Below, one piece after another: positions 12,321 through 24,000 of a stretch of 64,000 nucleotides of DNA. The DNA lies in contig OZ024740.1 of the NCBI GenBank assembly GCA_964016885.1, forward strand, positions 2,046,001 to 2,110,000, given 5' to 3'. The translations under genes and the position numbers were made by a program. The DNA comes from Eledone cirrhosa. Lineage: Eukaryota. The notes under the pieces were generated by a model. It was not told the DNA's origin, did no database searches, and was given only the letters and a program-made list of their open reading frames with translations. Positions within the stretch are counted from its first letter, which is position 1. Each line of letters opens with the position of its first letter.

Positions 12321-12861
12321 ATAATAAAAGTGTTACGAGTTAACTTAACTAAGAATTGAACCTATAATAACAAAAAAGGTGTCATGACAATTTCTTTCTT
12401 TTAATTCCAACTCCAGCTCACAGTAATTGCACAAGCCCTTAGTGAACAAATTGAAGAGTTTCTGATTTTCTTTTTACTCTCAAGTATTAATAGATTTTTC
12501 AGAACTTGTAAAAATTAATTAATTCTTTGGGGGGAAAAAAAACTTTTAGATTATTAAACCTTTTTTTTTATTAATGTGAGATGATTTATTTTTATTCTCA
12601 TTTGCAAAGCATGTTGTGTTAAAAGTCTTGTCTAAGGACAACACGATACTTGTTGCAATACAAACCTGACAGTAAAAGTCACCAGTTTAGTATTCACCAG
12701 GTTTTCGACAAATGTTTATAAAGTTGAAAAATAAAGATCATTTTTTTTTTATATATAAATTCAGAGTCTCTTGGTAGGCTTCACTAGCTATTAATGGTCT
12801 CTAGAAAAGAGAAGAATAAAATGAAAAAAAAAAAAGATTTATAGGAAGTTTAGTATATTGA

Positions 12862-13496
12862 TATTACAGAGCTCTGGTGGGGCACATTTCACTGGGTATT
12901 ACAGAGCTCCGGTGGGGCACATTTCACTGGGTATTACAGAGCTCCAGTGGGGCACATTTCACTGTATTACAGAGCTCTGGTGGGGCACATTTCACTGGGC
13001 ATTACAGAGCTCTGGTGGGGCACATTTCACTGGGTATTACAGAGCTCTGGTGGGGCACATTTCACTGGGTATTACAGAACTCCAGTGGGGCACATTTCAC
13101 TGGGCATTACAGAGCTCTGGTGGGGCACATTTCACTGGGTATTACAGAGCTCTGGTGGGGCACATTTCACTGGGCATTACAGAGCTCTGGTGGGGCACAT
13201 TTCACTGGGTATTACAGAGTTCCAGTGGGGCACATTTCACTGGGTATTACAGAGCTCCAGTGGGGCACATTTCACTGGGTATTACAGAGCTCCAGTGGGG
13301 CACATTTCACTGGGTATTACAGAGCTCCAGTGGGGCACATTTCACTGGGTATTACAGAGCTCCAGTGGGGCACATTTCACTGGGTATTACAGAGCTCCAG
13401 TGGGGCACATTTCACTGGGTATTACAGAGCTCCAGTGGGGCACATTTCACTGGGTATTACAGAGCTCCAGTGGGGCACATTTCACTGGGTATTACA
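12862..13496. repeat. 35-bp minisatellite, about 18 copies
   Basis: Unit ttacagagctc(ca/tg)gtggggcacatttcactgggta, head-to-tail with no spacers. Confidence 0.95.
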
Positions 13497-13549
13497 CAAC
13501 AATGCAGCATCCTTCAACTTACATTTTACAAGTTAATTTTACGTTTGCT

Positions 13550-13619
13550 TTAAACAAAACCAATATTTGAACTCTCAACCTCTTCATCATCAATCTCCTT
13601 ACCAACAATTATCATGTAG
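13550..13619 (-). CDS. Probable terminal coding exon of unidentified minus-strand gene
   Basis: ttcaacag acceptor, phase 2 compatible with the upstream exon. Encodes (S)YMIIVGKEIDDEEVESSNIGFV*. Confidence 0.55.
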
Positions 13620-13890
13620 CTGTTGAACAAACACACTCTCTCTTCCTTTTCTCTTACTCTCATTTCAACCATCCTCTCACTTTGTTTCTTTTTCATCACT
13701 CTCTCTTCTATCTATCAGAGATGAGATAATTCTCTTGTGCTAGAGACAACAAAGGGTAGAGAGGACTCCTTAGTCTTAAAAGTGAAACATGTCTGGAATT
13801 GTCTCCCATTATTGAAGATGAATAAAAAATAATATTGGTTTATCAACAAATATTTTGTTTTCGATCTTGATAAACTCCAAATATACTGAC

Positions 13891-13949
13891 CTTAATTCCA
13901 AGGCTTCTAATTGTTTACATAACGACTCTTTCATTGCTAATTTGGCCAT
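13891..13949 (-). CDS. Coding exon of unidentified minus-strand gene
   Basis: Long pyrimidine tract and ccttag acceptor, gtcagt donor. MAKLAMKESLCKQLEALEL completes the motif begun in exon 15352-15459. Confidence 0.8.
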
Positions 13950-14063
13950 CTAAGGTAGAAAGAAGAAAATAATAAAATAAGTAAATATTTAAACATCTAA
14001 TTTTTTTCATACCAAAGCACCTGAAGCTGCCCCCAGTCCTACAATGAAAAACTGTTTTGCAGA

Positions 14064-15260
14064 CTGTAAAGTGGTAGTGTAGGTGTCACAACAAAAAACA
14101 CCCAGTCCACACTGTAAAGTGGTAGTGTAGGTGTCACAACAAAAAACACCCAGTCCACACTGTAAAGTGGTAGTGTAGGTGTCACAACAAAAAACACCCA
14201 GTCCACACTGTAAAGTGGTAGTGTAGGTGTCACAACAAAAAACACCCAGTCCACACTGTAAAGTGGTAGTGTAGGTGTCACAACAAAAAACACCCAGTAC
14301 ACACTGTAAAGTGGTCGTGTATGTTTCACAACAAAAAACACCCAGTACACACAGTAAAGTGGTCATGTAGGTGTCACAACAAAAAACACCCAGTCCACAC
14401 TGTAAAGTGGTCGTGTAGGTGTCACAACAAAAAACACACACTCCACACTGTAAAGTTGTCATGTAGGTGTCACAACAAAAACACTCAGTCCACACTGTAA
14501 AGTGGTCATGTAGGTGTCACAACAAAAAGCACTCAGTCCACACTGTAAAGTCACAACGAAAAACACCCAGTCCACACTGTAAAGTGGTCATGTAGGTGTC
14601 ACAACAAAAAGCACTCAGTCCACACTGTAAAGTCACAACGAAAAACACCCAGTCCAGACTGTAAAGTGGTCGTGTAGGTGTCTCAACAAAAAACACACAC
14701 TCCACACTGTAAAGTGGACATGTAGGTGTCTCAACAAAAAACACCCAGTCCACACTGTAAAGTAGTCATGTAGGTGTCACAACAAAAAACACCCAGTCCA
14801 CACTGTAAAGTGGTTGTGTAGGTGTCACAACAAAAAACACACACTCCACACTGTAAAGTGGTCATGTAGGTGTCACAGCAAAACGCCCCCAGTACACACT
14901 GTAAAGTGGTCATGTAGGTGTCACAACAAAAAACACCTAGTTCACACTGTAAAATGGTCATGTAGGTGTCACAACAAACAGCACCCAGTCCACACTGTAA
15001 AGTGGTCATGTAGGTGTCACAACAACCAGCACCCAGTACACACTGTAAAGTGGCCATGTAGGTGTCACAACAAAAAACACCCAGTTCACACTGTAAAGTT
15101 GTCATGTAGGTGTCACAACAAAAAGCCCCCAGTCCACACTGTAAAGTGGTCATGTAGGTGTCACAACAAAAAGCCCCCAGTCCACGCTGTAAAGTGGTCA
15201 TGTAGGTGTCACAACAAAAAGCCCCCAGTCCACACTGTAAAGTGGTCGTGTAGGTAACAT
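14064..15260 (+). repeat. 48-bp minisatellite (about 25 copies) derived from the RTE 3' UTR
   Basis: Unit ctgtaaagtggtcatgtaggtgtcacaacaaaaaacacccagtccaca matches the RTE 3' UTR at 24210-24305. Confidence 0.92.
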
Positions 15261-15351
15261 ACTTGATCTTTAAGCAATATAATTTGAGTGAGATGAGCCT
15301 GTTATTTTTAGCAGGTTGAGTGACCAACAAGATTATATTAAAGCCACATAC

Positions 15352-15459
15352 CTGGTCTTTATCAAGAGGCAGTCCAGCAGACTTCTGTTCTTCCAAAGCA
15401 TTAATTTGACGAAGTTTCTTCTGAAGACGTCGAATTATTTTGGCTTCGTCTTCAATTGA
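15352..15459 (-). CDS. Coding exon with an eIF2A/PYM-like KKLRQIxxLE...G..LD.DQ helical motif
   Basis: aaatcag acceptor, CAG|gtatgt donor, 108 nt, phase 0-0. Encodes SIEDEAKIIRRLQKKLRQINALEEQKSAGLPLDKDQ. Confidence 0.8.
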
Positions 15460-16570
15460 CTGATTTGTTAGAATAGATTGTAAATATATTTAGAAACAAC
15501 CAATCATATGGCTAACTAGTTACCACACAGACACACACTACACATCTTTCGACTAAAATAATATATAACTTTCTGTATATATTTTCTGAGTAAATCATTC
15601 ATCAAATTTAACGGTTAACAAACAAGATTGGAGTTATCTTTCCTTTTTCAATGGTGCAAACAAACATATTATAATATATGTATGATAAACTATATAACTT
15701 CGCTAAATTAACAATATTCTGAGAACATTTTCAATGTTGGAACAAAATATTTGAATCTACAAATTGTTCTCCTCTTACAACTTTAACTACGTGTTTTTTT
15801 TTTAATGTAAAATGCAAAATCAACATCCTTTGTAACTCAATATTAGAAATATAAACAACTAATAATTGTAACTTATTTCTATTTCAATAATACTTATACA
15901 TGCACAATTACTAATACATATAACCTATTGTAATGTAATAAGATAAAATCTACTTACAACCATAATTCTTCATATAATCTAATTGATTATATATACAATA
16001 TTATAACTCATAATATAGCTAAATAATTTTAAATTCTGGAATCATATTCCACCATTCCTGCAAATTGTTAATTCCTTTTAAATTAACGTAAATACAAGCT
16101 CTTCTTTCTTTTTCTTCTTCTTCCTACTCATATATACGATCATCACCACCATCATCATCATCATCATCGTTTAACGTCCATATTCCACGCTTGCATGGAT
16201 TTGGACGGGAGTTTTCCCACTTGAGGCAAGAGTGGTTGTCTTGCTCAGGACTGTCTGGCGGGTTTTCTACGGCTGGGTGCCCTTCCTAACACCAACCACA
16301 TTTACAGTGTGGGTCTGGGAGGTTTTTACCGTGTTACCTACACGGCCACATTACAGCGTGGACTGTGTGTTTTTTTGTCGTGACACCTACACGATCTCAT
16401 TTGTTTCGGACTGGATGTTGTGACACCAACATAGCTTTACATTGAAAGGGGTGGTGTGGATGGGGTGTGGGACGGGGGTGTATTTTGTTAGAGGTGCCTA
16501 CTGACTAGTAGGTTTCACTTTGTACTAAGGTAAGGCGGGTTTTCTCTATTACTGTGTAGCGCCAAAGATC

Positions 16571-19500
16571 TCAGTCCAGTGACATTGTCTTGGAAAGGTG
16601 TAAGTGTGTGAAGTCAGAATTTATCAAGTCGTCCCAGGTTTTACTGGGTCTGCCTATTCCGTGGCTACCGTCTATTTTTATGCCCTGCACTTTTTTTATA
16701 CAGCTGTCGTCTTTCATGCGCATCACGTGACCATACCAACGTAGCCTTCTCTCGAGTAAACAACATCTGATCCCTCTTATTTCTAATTTCTCCCTTAGTT
16801 CGTTTATGCTTTGCCGTTCACGTATATTACTATTACACATCCAGCGGAGCGTGCAAGCTTCGTTTCTCTCCAGTCTGCGTATATCCTCTGCACACAATGC
16901 CCATGTCTCACTGCCATGTAACATTGCTGTTCGTATGCAGGCATCATACAGCCTGCCTTTCATTTTTAGAGAGAACCCTTTAGCGGCTAATAGTGGTATA
17001 AGCTCTCTGAACTTTTTCCATCCTGTTCTGACTCTAGCTACTGTACTTTCAGAGCACCCTCCCCCACTGCTGATTTTATCACCCAGGTAACGGAAGCTGT
17101 CCACTATTTCTATAGAACCATCTGTGCAATGGAATGAGTTAGTAATCTGTGGGCACTTGCTGCTACTTATTGCACCAGAGCACCGGCCACATATAAAATC
17201 TATATTCTTAGTTAGCTTACCTGTGATCCCACTACATCTTTTATGTACCCATACTTTGCATTTGGAACATAAAATGGAGTTTCTGCCTACTCCTTTCCTA
17301 CACACTGAGCATGGCCATTTCCCAGATGGGACCGGTGCCCTATTTTCCTTCCTACAAACTAGAACTTTAGTCTTAGACAAGTTAACTTTAAGGCCTTTTG
17401 ATTCTAGGCCATGCTTCCATGTTTGGAATTTCTTCTCTAGTTCAGCCATTGATTCAGCTATGAGCGTTAGATCATCTGCATATAGGAGTTCCCATGGGCA
17501 GCCGGTCTTGAACTCCTCTGTTATAGCCTGAAAGGCAATAATAAATAGTAGGGGGCAAAGGACGGAGCCCTGATGAACACCAACTTTTACGCTAAACTCT
17601 TCACTATATTCGTTGTTAATTCTAACCTTGCTGACTGTTTCTTTATATATGGCTTGTATAGCTCTCACAAGCCATTCATCAACACCTAGTTTTCTAAGGG
17701 CCCACCAGATAATCGAGCGGGGTACTCTGTCAAAGGCTTTCTCCAAGTCAACAAAAGCTAAGTATAGGGGTTTACCTTTAGCTAGGTACGTCTCCTGTAG
17801 TTGTCGTACAATGAAAAGAGCGTCTGTGGTACTTTTTCCTGACACAAACCCGAACTGCATTTCATCTAGATCAATTCTCTCTCTGATTAGTTGCGCTATT
17901 ACTTTTTCTGTGACCTTCATGATCTGGTCGATTAATTTAATGCCTCTATAGTTACCCCTATCTAGGGCATCATCTTTACCCTTGTAGCAGTTAATGATGT
18001 TGCTGCTGCGCCAGTCCTTCGGAACGGCCCCATTCTGTACGACTTGGTTTACTATCCGGGTGACCATAGTGTGTCCCACCGTTCCAGATGCTTTCAGCAT
18101 TTCGGCAACTATTTCCGAAGGCCCGGCCGCCTTGCCCGTCTTCATGTCTTTGATTGCCTTACTTATTATACTACCTTCAACTTGCACTGCTGGTCCCTCT
18201 ATTGGGTCAATGTGGGGGAGACTGTCTTTCTCCCAATTATTCTCCTCATTTAGAAGCCTTTCGTAGTGACACTTCCAAGCTACCTTCTTATCAGCGTCAG
18301 TGATGGCAAGTACACCATCATCATTTAGGACACACTTCTCCCCGACAATATCACTGTTTTCCTTGACACATTGCCTAGCAATCCTGAACACCTCATGTTT
18401 TTGGTCCTCGCGTTGTAGAACATGCTTGAACTTTCTTTCCTCTGCTTCCCTTCTTGCAAAGTACACTTGTCTCCTAGCTTCCCTCCTGGCCACTTGATAG
18501 TCTTCTCTACTTCCCCCATCCCACCATGCTTTCCAAGCCTGCTTTTTGGCCTTGATTGACCTCTCCACCTTACTGTTCCACCACCAAGTTACTCTCCTCC
18601 TGCCTATAGGCCTGCTCCAGCCACAGGTTTCATCTGTCGCCTTCAGCAGGTTAGCTTTCAGGAATTCCCACTGTTCCTCTATAGTGTACGACTCTAATTG
18701 CTCTTCCTTAATATCAAAAGCATCAAGTAATATGCTTTTAAACTTATGACTGGCTGTGGGGTCCTTTAATTTCCATATTTTTCTCCTGAGGATAGTCCTC
18801 TTCTGTTGTCGAATACGTCTCGTCCTGACTATGAGGTCACTAATTATGAGTCTATGTTGAGACGTGCATTCTTCATGGGGGAGGGATTTAGTGTTTACAA
18901 CAGATACTCTGTCACGTCTCCTGGTAAGGATATAATCTACCTGGCTTGTGTGTTCCCCCGATCTATAGGTGATCAAGTGATTGTCTCGTTTTTTGAAGTT
19001 AGTGTTACAGATAGTTAAGTTATTTGCGTCGCAGAATTCCAGGATTCTGGAGCCTTCCTCATTTCTAGTACCAAACCCATAGCCTCCGTGGATTCCGTCA
19101 TAGCCGTCACAATGTTGTCCAACGTGACCATTTAGGTCGCCTGCAATAACTATATAGTCACTGTCGGTTATTTGGGAGGTAGCGAGCATCAGTGTCTCAT
19201 AGAAACTGTCTTTTATAGCGCCGGGCAGTCCGGATTGGGGTGCGTACGCAGATATTACTGTCACAGTAGTTCTATTGAGGACAAGTCTTATTTTAATTAT
19301 TCTGTCGTTCACTCTATTTACGTCTATTATCTTATCTGCCCACTTTTCTGCTACCATGATTCCTACCCCACCCAGCCCATTGTCATTTCCCACCCAGAAA
19401 AGCTTATAGCATCGTTCTTTACCCACGATGAATTTAGCCGACCCACCCCTCCACCTGGTCTCTTGGATACAACAAACATCGACCTCCTTACGTTCAAGCA

Positions 19501-19638
19501 TCTCTAGAACCTCGTTAGAGCGACCCTTTAAGGTGTCTACATTCATGGTACCAACTCTGAAGTTTTGGATTGCGTTTGGAGGGTGGGAGCGGTGGGGCGC
19601 GCGGCGGGGGGGGGGGGGGGGGGGGGGTATGTTAGCCA
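16571..19638 (-). CDS. RTE ORF: APE endonuclease + reverse transcriptase with inserted PHD-like finger
   Basis: APE motifs GTMNV, IQET, AGDLNGH, SQVDYI. RT motifs [32 protein letters not shown]. Premature stop (CGA>TGA) about 14 aa before the usual end. Start taken at MANIPP. Confidence 0.92.
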
Positions 19639-19700
19639 TCCGCGGCCGAAACAAAGAGGAGGAGTCCTCGCATTCTCGTCCATGAGCTGAATTTGTCTTT

Positions 19701-20043
19701 AGGCACATGGTTTAGTGGTTCGAGCATTGGCCTTGCAATCGAAAGGTTGTGAGTTCAATTCTCAGACCGAGTGATGTGTTGTTTCCTTGAGCAAGACACT
19801 TTATTTCACATTGTTCCAGTTTACTCAGCTGTAGAAATGAGATGATAGGGACTGGGGTCCATATCATTCCACTGCAAAGTGGTCGTGGAGGTGCCACGGC
19901 AAAAAAGCACCCAGCACTCACTGTAAATGAGGTTGGTGTTAGGAAGGGCATCCAGCTGTAGAAATCAAGCCAGCATCAGTTTCCGTCCCACCCTTGCAAG
20001 CAGGGAAAAAGCGGACGTAAAATGAAATGATGATGATGAATGA
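19701..20043 (+). mobile_element. tRNA-CORE SINE with RTE family-B 3' tail
   Basis: A box tggtttagtgg, B box gagttcaattct, CORE ccttgagcaagacacttt. The tail matches 46278-46420 and ends in (gat)n. Confidence 0.88.
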
Positions 20044-20404
20044 TTTGGCATTGTCACTGAGCGTCCAGATTTTTCTTTTCAACTCTCCAGAATTCCGTAG
20101 TCCATCCATCATATCGAAAGGCAACCAGGTAAGCGATAACATAGGCCTCTGACTTATGATTGGTCCACGTAATAATGGTGGTGCGTGCGGGTGGGTGGGA
20201 TTGATATTGGGTAGTTAGCGAGAAGGTTATGGTTTAAATAAGATCCCCGTATTTTGGGCATAATTTAACAAGCATAAAACAATAATACAAGATTTGTTTT
20301 GGAAAATACGCTAGAGTATCGAGTAGAAAGCAAGGATTGGATTCGGGGAAAAATGATAGAGAATGACGAATGGACTAAGGAATTAAAATGGTGAGAAGAG
20401 TGAA

Positions 20405-21003
20405 GAAATATTTGTACCTTACATTAAACCATGAAAGAAGCATCTGGAATAGGAATTGGCGAATATGATTTTCCTACTTGTAGGATTTATTTTATATATG
20501 TAGAGAGAGAGAGAGGGGGGGGGGGATTTGCGGCGAACCAGCATGATGTTGGTGGGGGTGAAGATAGGGGGGAGCAGAGGTTAAGAGTTTAAATACATAT
20601 ATCCTAATTATTTAAATTCTGCATAGCATCTAAAATAACGTTTTTTCAGCCCAATACCTCAACCTCATTTACATACTCATCTTAATAATTTGAAATATCT
20701 TACTTTTCTCTTCTCTATCCAAGGAAAACTTGAACCGTTAAGGTATGTCAAAATTTATAAAATTGGTTATATAATTGGTTATGTCAAAATTTATAAAACA
20801 AACTTTGTATTTTATCTGATGAAAGCGTACTAAAGTTTTGGTACCCTTGAAATATATATAATAGAATAAATAGGGTTTTATAAATATAGTTTCCATTTAT
20901 ATAATATCATTGAATATTATACTCCAGAAAACTGTCGAGTGCTCTGAATCAGTTATAAACATTTATATTTGTTGAATTACCAACAAATTGAATATCCCTT
21001 CTG
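20405..21003 (+). mobile_element. Degenerate Penelope-like 3' end / pLTR
   Basis: Remnant FKYIYPNYLN (like ..P.GLN at GIY-YIG ends), hammerhead motif and AATAAA. The segment 20910-20990 resembles 1205-1290. Confidence 0.55.
20812..20864 (+). ncRNA. Type I hammerhead ribozyme motif
   Basis: UUAU-CUGAUGA-AAG c GUACUAA..UUGGUAC c CUU-GAA-AUAUAUAU-A-AUAG, immediately followed by AATAAA. Confidence 0.65.
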
Positions 21004-21029
21004 CTATATATATGTATATATATATATAT

Positions 21030-24000
21030 CCCACTCTCCCAACTTCAGAGTTGGTACCATGAACGTAGGCACATTGAAAGGTCGCTCAAATGAGGTTGTA
21101 GAGATGCTTGAACGTAAAGAAGTTGATGTTTGTTGTATTCAAGAGACTAGGTGGAGAGGTGGGTCTGCCAGATTCATCGTGGGTAAAAAACGATGCTATA
21201 AACTTTTCTGGGTGGGAAATGACAATGGACAGGGTAGTGTAGGAATTATGTTAGCTGAAAAATGGGTAGATAAGGTAATTGATGTAAATAGAGTGAATGA
21301 CAGAATAATTAAAATAAGACTAGTTCTAAATAGAACTACTGTGACAATAATATCCGCTTATGCACCCCAATATGGTCTACCTGACGTTATAAAGGACAGG
21401 TTCTATGAGACGCTAATGCACACTAGCTCCCAAATAACTGACAGCGACTACCTAATTATTGCTGGTGATCTAAACGGCCACGTTGGACAACATAGTGATG
21501 GCTATGATGGAATCCATGGAGGGTATGGGGTTGGAAATAGAAATGAGGAAGGCTTCAAGAATCCTGGAATTCTGTGACACCAATAACCTGTCACACAAAC
21601 TTCAAAAAACGTGAAAGCCACTTGATCACCGATAGATCAGGGGAACACACCAGCCAGATAGATTATATCCTTACTAGAAGACGGGACAAAGTGTTTGTTG
21701 TAAACACTAAATCCATCCCCCGTGAAGAATGCACCTCCCAACATAGCCTAGTAGTAAGTGACCTCACAGTCAGAAATAGACGTACTCGACGACAGAGGAG
21801 GCCTACCTTGAGGAGAAGAATATGGAAGTTGAAGGACCCCATAGCTAGTGACAAATTTAAAAGCTTATTACTTGATGCCTTTGACAATAAGGAAGAGCAA
21901 TTAGAGACGTGCGATATAGAGGAACAGTGGCAATTCTTGAAAGTGAACCTGCTGAAAGCAACGGATGAAATCTGTTGCTGGAGCAGACCTATTGGCAGGA
22001 GGAGAGTAACTTGGTGGTGGAACAGTAAGGTGGAAGAGACAATCAAGGCCAAAAAGCAGGCTTAGAAAGTATGGCAGGATGGGGGAAGTAGAGAGCACTA
22101 TCAAGTGGCTAGGAGAGAAGCTAGGAGGCAAGTGTACCTTGCAAAAAGGGAAGCAGAGGAAAGAAAGTTCAAGCATGTTCTACAACGTGAAGACCAAAAA
22201 CGCGAGGTGTTCAGGATTGCTAGACAATGTGTCAAGGAAAACCGTGATATTGTCAGAGAGAAGAGTGTCCGTAATGATAACGGTGTACTTGCCCTCACTG
22301 ATACTGGTAAGAAGGTAGCTTGGCAGTGTCACTACGAGAGACTATTAAATGAGGAGAATAAGTGGGAAAAAGATAGTCTGCCCCAAATCGATCCAATAGA
22401 AGGACCAGCAGAGCAAGTTAAAGGTAGTATAATAAGTAAGGCAATCAAAGATATGAAGACAGGCAAGGCGGCTGGGCCTTCGGAGATAGTTGCTGAGATG
22501 TTGAAGGCATCTGTAATGGTGGGACATACTATGGTCACCAGTATAGTTAACCAAGTAATACAGAATGGGGTCGTACCAAAAGACTGGCGTGGCAGCATCA
22601 TCATTAACTGCTACAAGGGTAAAGGAGATGCTCTCGATAGAGGAAACTATAGAGGCATTAAGTATAGAGGAAACTATAGAGGCATTAAGCATGAAGGTCA
22701 CAGAAAGAGTAATAGCGCAACTAATCAGAGAGCGAATTGATCTAGATAAAATGCAGTTCGGGTTTGTGTCAGGTGAAAGTACCACAGATGCTCTTTTCCT
22801 TGTACGAGAACTACAGGACAAGTACCTAGCTAAAAGTAAACCCCTCTACTTAGCTTTTGTAGACCTGGAAAAAGCCTTTGACAGAGTCCCCCGCTCCATT
22901 ATCTGGTAGGCTCTTAGAAAACTAGGTGTAGATGAATGGCTTGTGAGAGCTATACAAGCTATATATAAAGAAACAGTCAGCAAGGTTAGAATTAACAATG
23001 AATATAGTGAAGAGTTTAGCGTAAAAGTTGGTGTCCATCAGGGCTCTGTTCTTAGCCCCCTACTATTTATTATTGCCCTTCAGGCTATAACAGAGGAGTT
23101 CAAGACCTGCTGCCCATGGGAACTTCTATACGCAGATGATCTAACGCTCATAGCTGAATCAATGGCCGAGCTAGAGAAGTATTTCCAAACATGGAAGCAT
23201 GGCCTAGAATCAAAAGACCTTAAAGTTAACTTGTCTAAGACTAAAGTCCTAGTTTGTAGGAAGGAAAATAAGGCGCCGGTCCCTTCCGGGAAATGGCCAT
23301 GCTCAGTGTGTAGGAAAGGAGTAGGCAGAAATTCCATTTTATGTCCCAAATGCAAAGTATAGGTACATAAAAGATGTAGTGGGATCACAGGTAAACTATC
23401 TAAGAACGTAGACTTTATATGTGGCTGATGCTCAGGTGCAATAGGTAGCAAGTGTCCACAGGATACTAGCCCCTTCTATTGCCCAGATGGTTCTATAGAA
23501 ATATTAGACACTTTCCGTTACCTGGGTGACGAAATCAGCAGTGGTAGAGGGTGTTCTTAAAGTACAGTAGCCAGAGTCAGAACGGGATGGAAAAAATTCA
23601 GAGCTTATACCACTGTTGGCCGCTAAAGGTTTCTCTCTAAAAATGAAAGGCAGACTGTATGATGCCTGCATACGAACAGCAATGTGACATGGCAGTGAGA
23701 CCTGGGCATTGTGTGCAGAGGACCTGCGTAGACTGGAGAGGAACGAAGCTTGCATGCCCCGTTGGATGTGTAATAGTAATATACGTGAACGGCAAAGCAT
23801 AAATGAACTAAGTGAGAAATTAGGAATAAGAGGGATCAGATGCTGTTTACTCGAGAGAAGACTACGTTGGTATGGACACGTGATGCGCATGAAAGACGAC
23901 AGCTGTATAAAAAAAGTGCAGGGCAATAAAAATAGACGGTAGCCACGGAGTAGGTAGACCCAGAAAAACCTGGGACGATCTGATAAATTCCGACCTCACA

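Larger units (their letters stand above)
16141..20400 (-). mobile_element. Near-full-length RTE LINE (family A) with a SINE inserted in its 5' region
   Basis: (GAT)n tail at 16141-16168, 3' UTR, 1045-aa ORF, and 5' UTR homologous to 37120-37400. Confidence 0.95.

Noticed and set aside
12862-13496. Iron-responsive elements (CAGUG)
   Set aside because: CAGUG lies in the stem, not in an apical CAGUGN loop with a bulged C.
12858-13570. CRISPR-like array or 200-aa ORFs in the 35-bp repeat
   Set aside because: No unique spacers, no cas genes and a eukaryotic context. The ORFs in all three frames just reflect a stop-free unit.
14007-15396. Cys-rich repeat proteins (CCDTYTTTLQCG)
   Set aside because: These are translations of the RTE-derived minisatellite. 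Only 15352-15459 has splice sites and a protein motif.
16806-19685. Recurrent antisense ORFs over RTE copies
   Set aside because: Shadow frames of the RT ORF, recurring only because the element is repeated.
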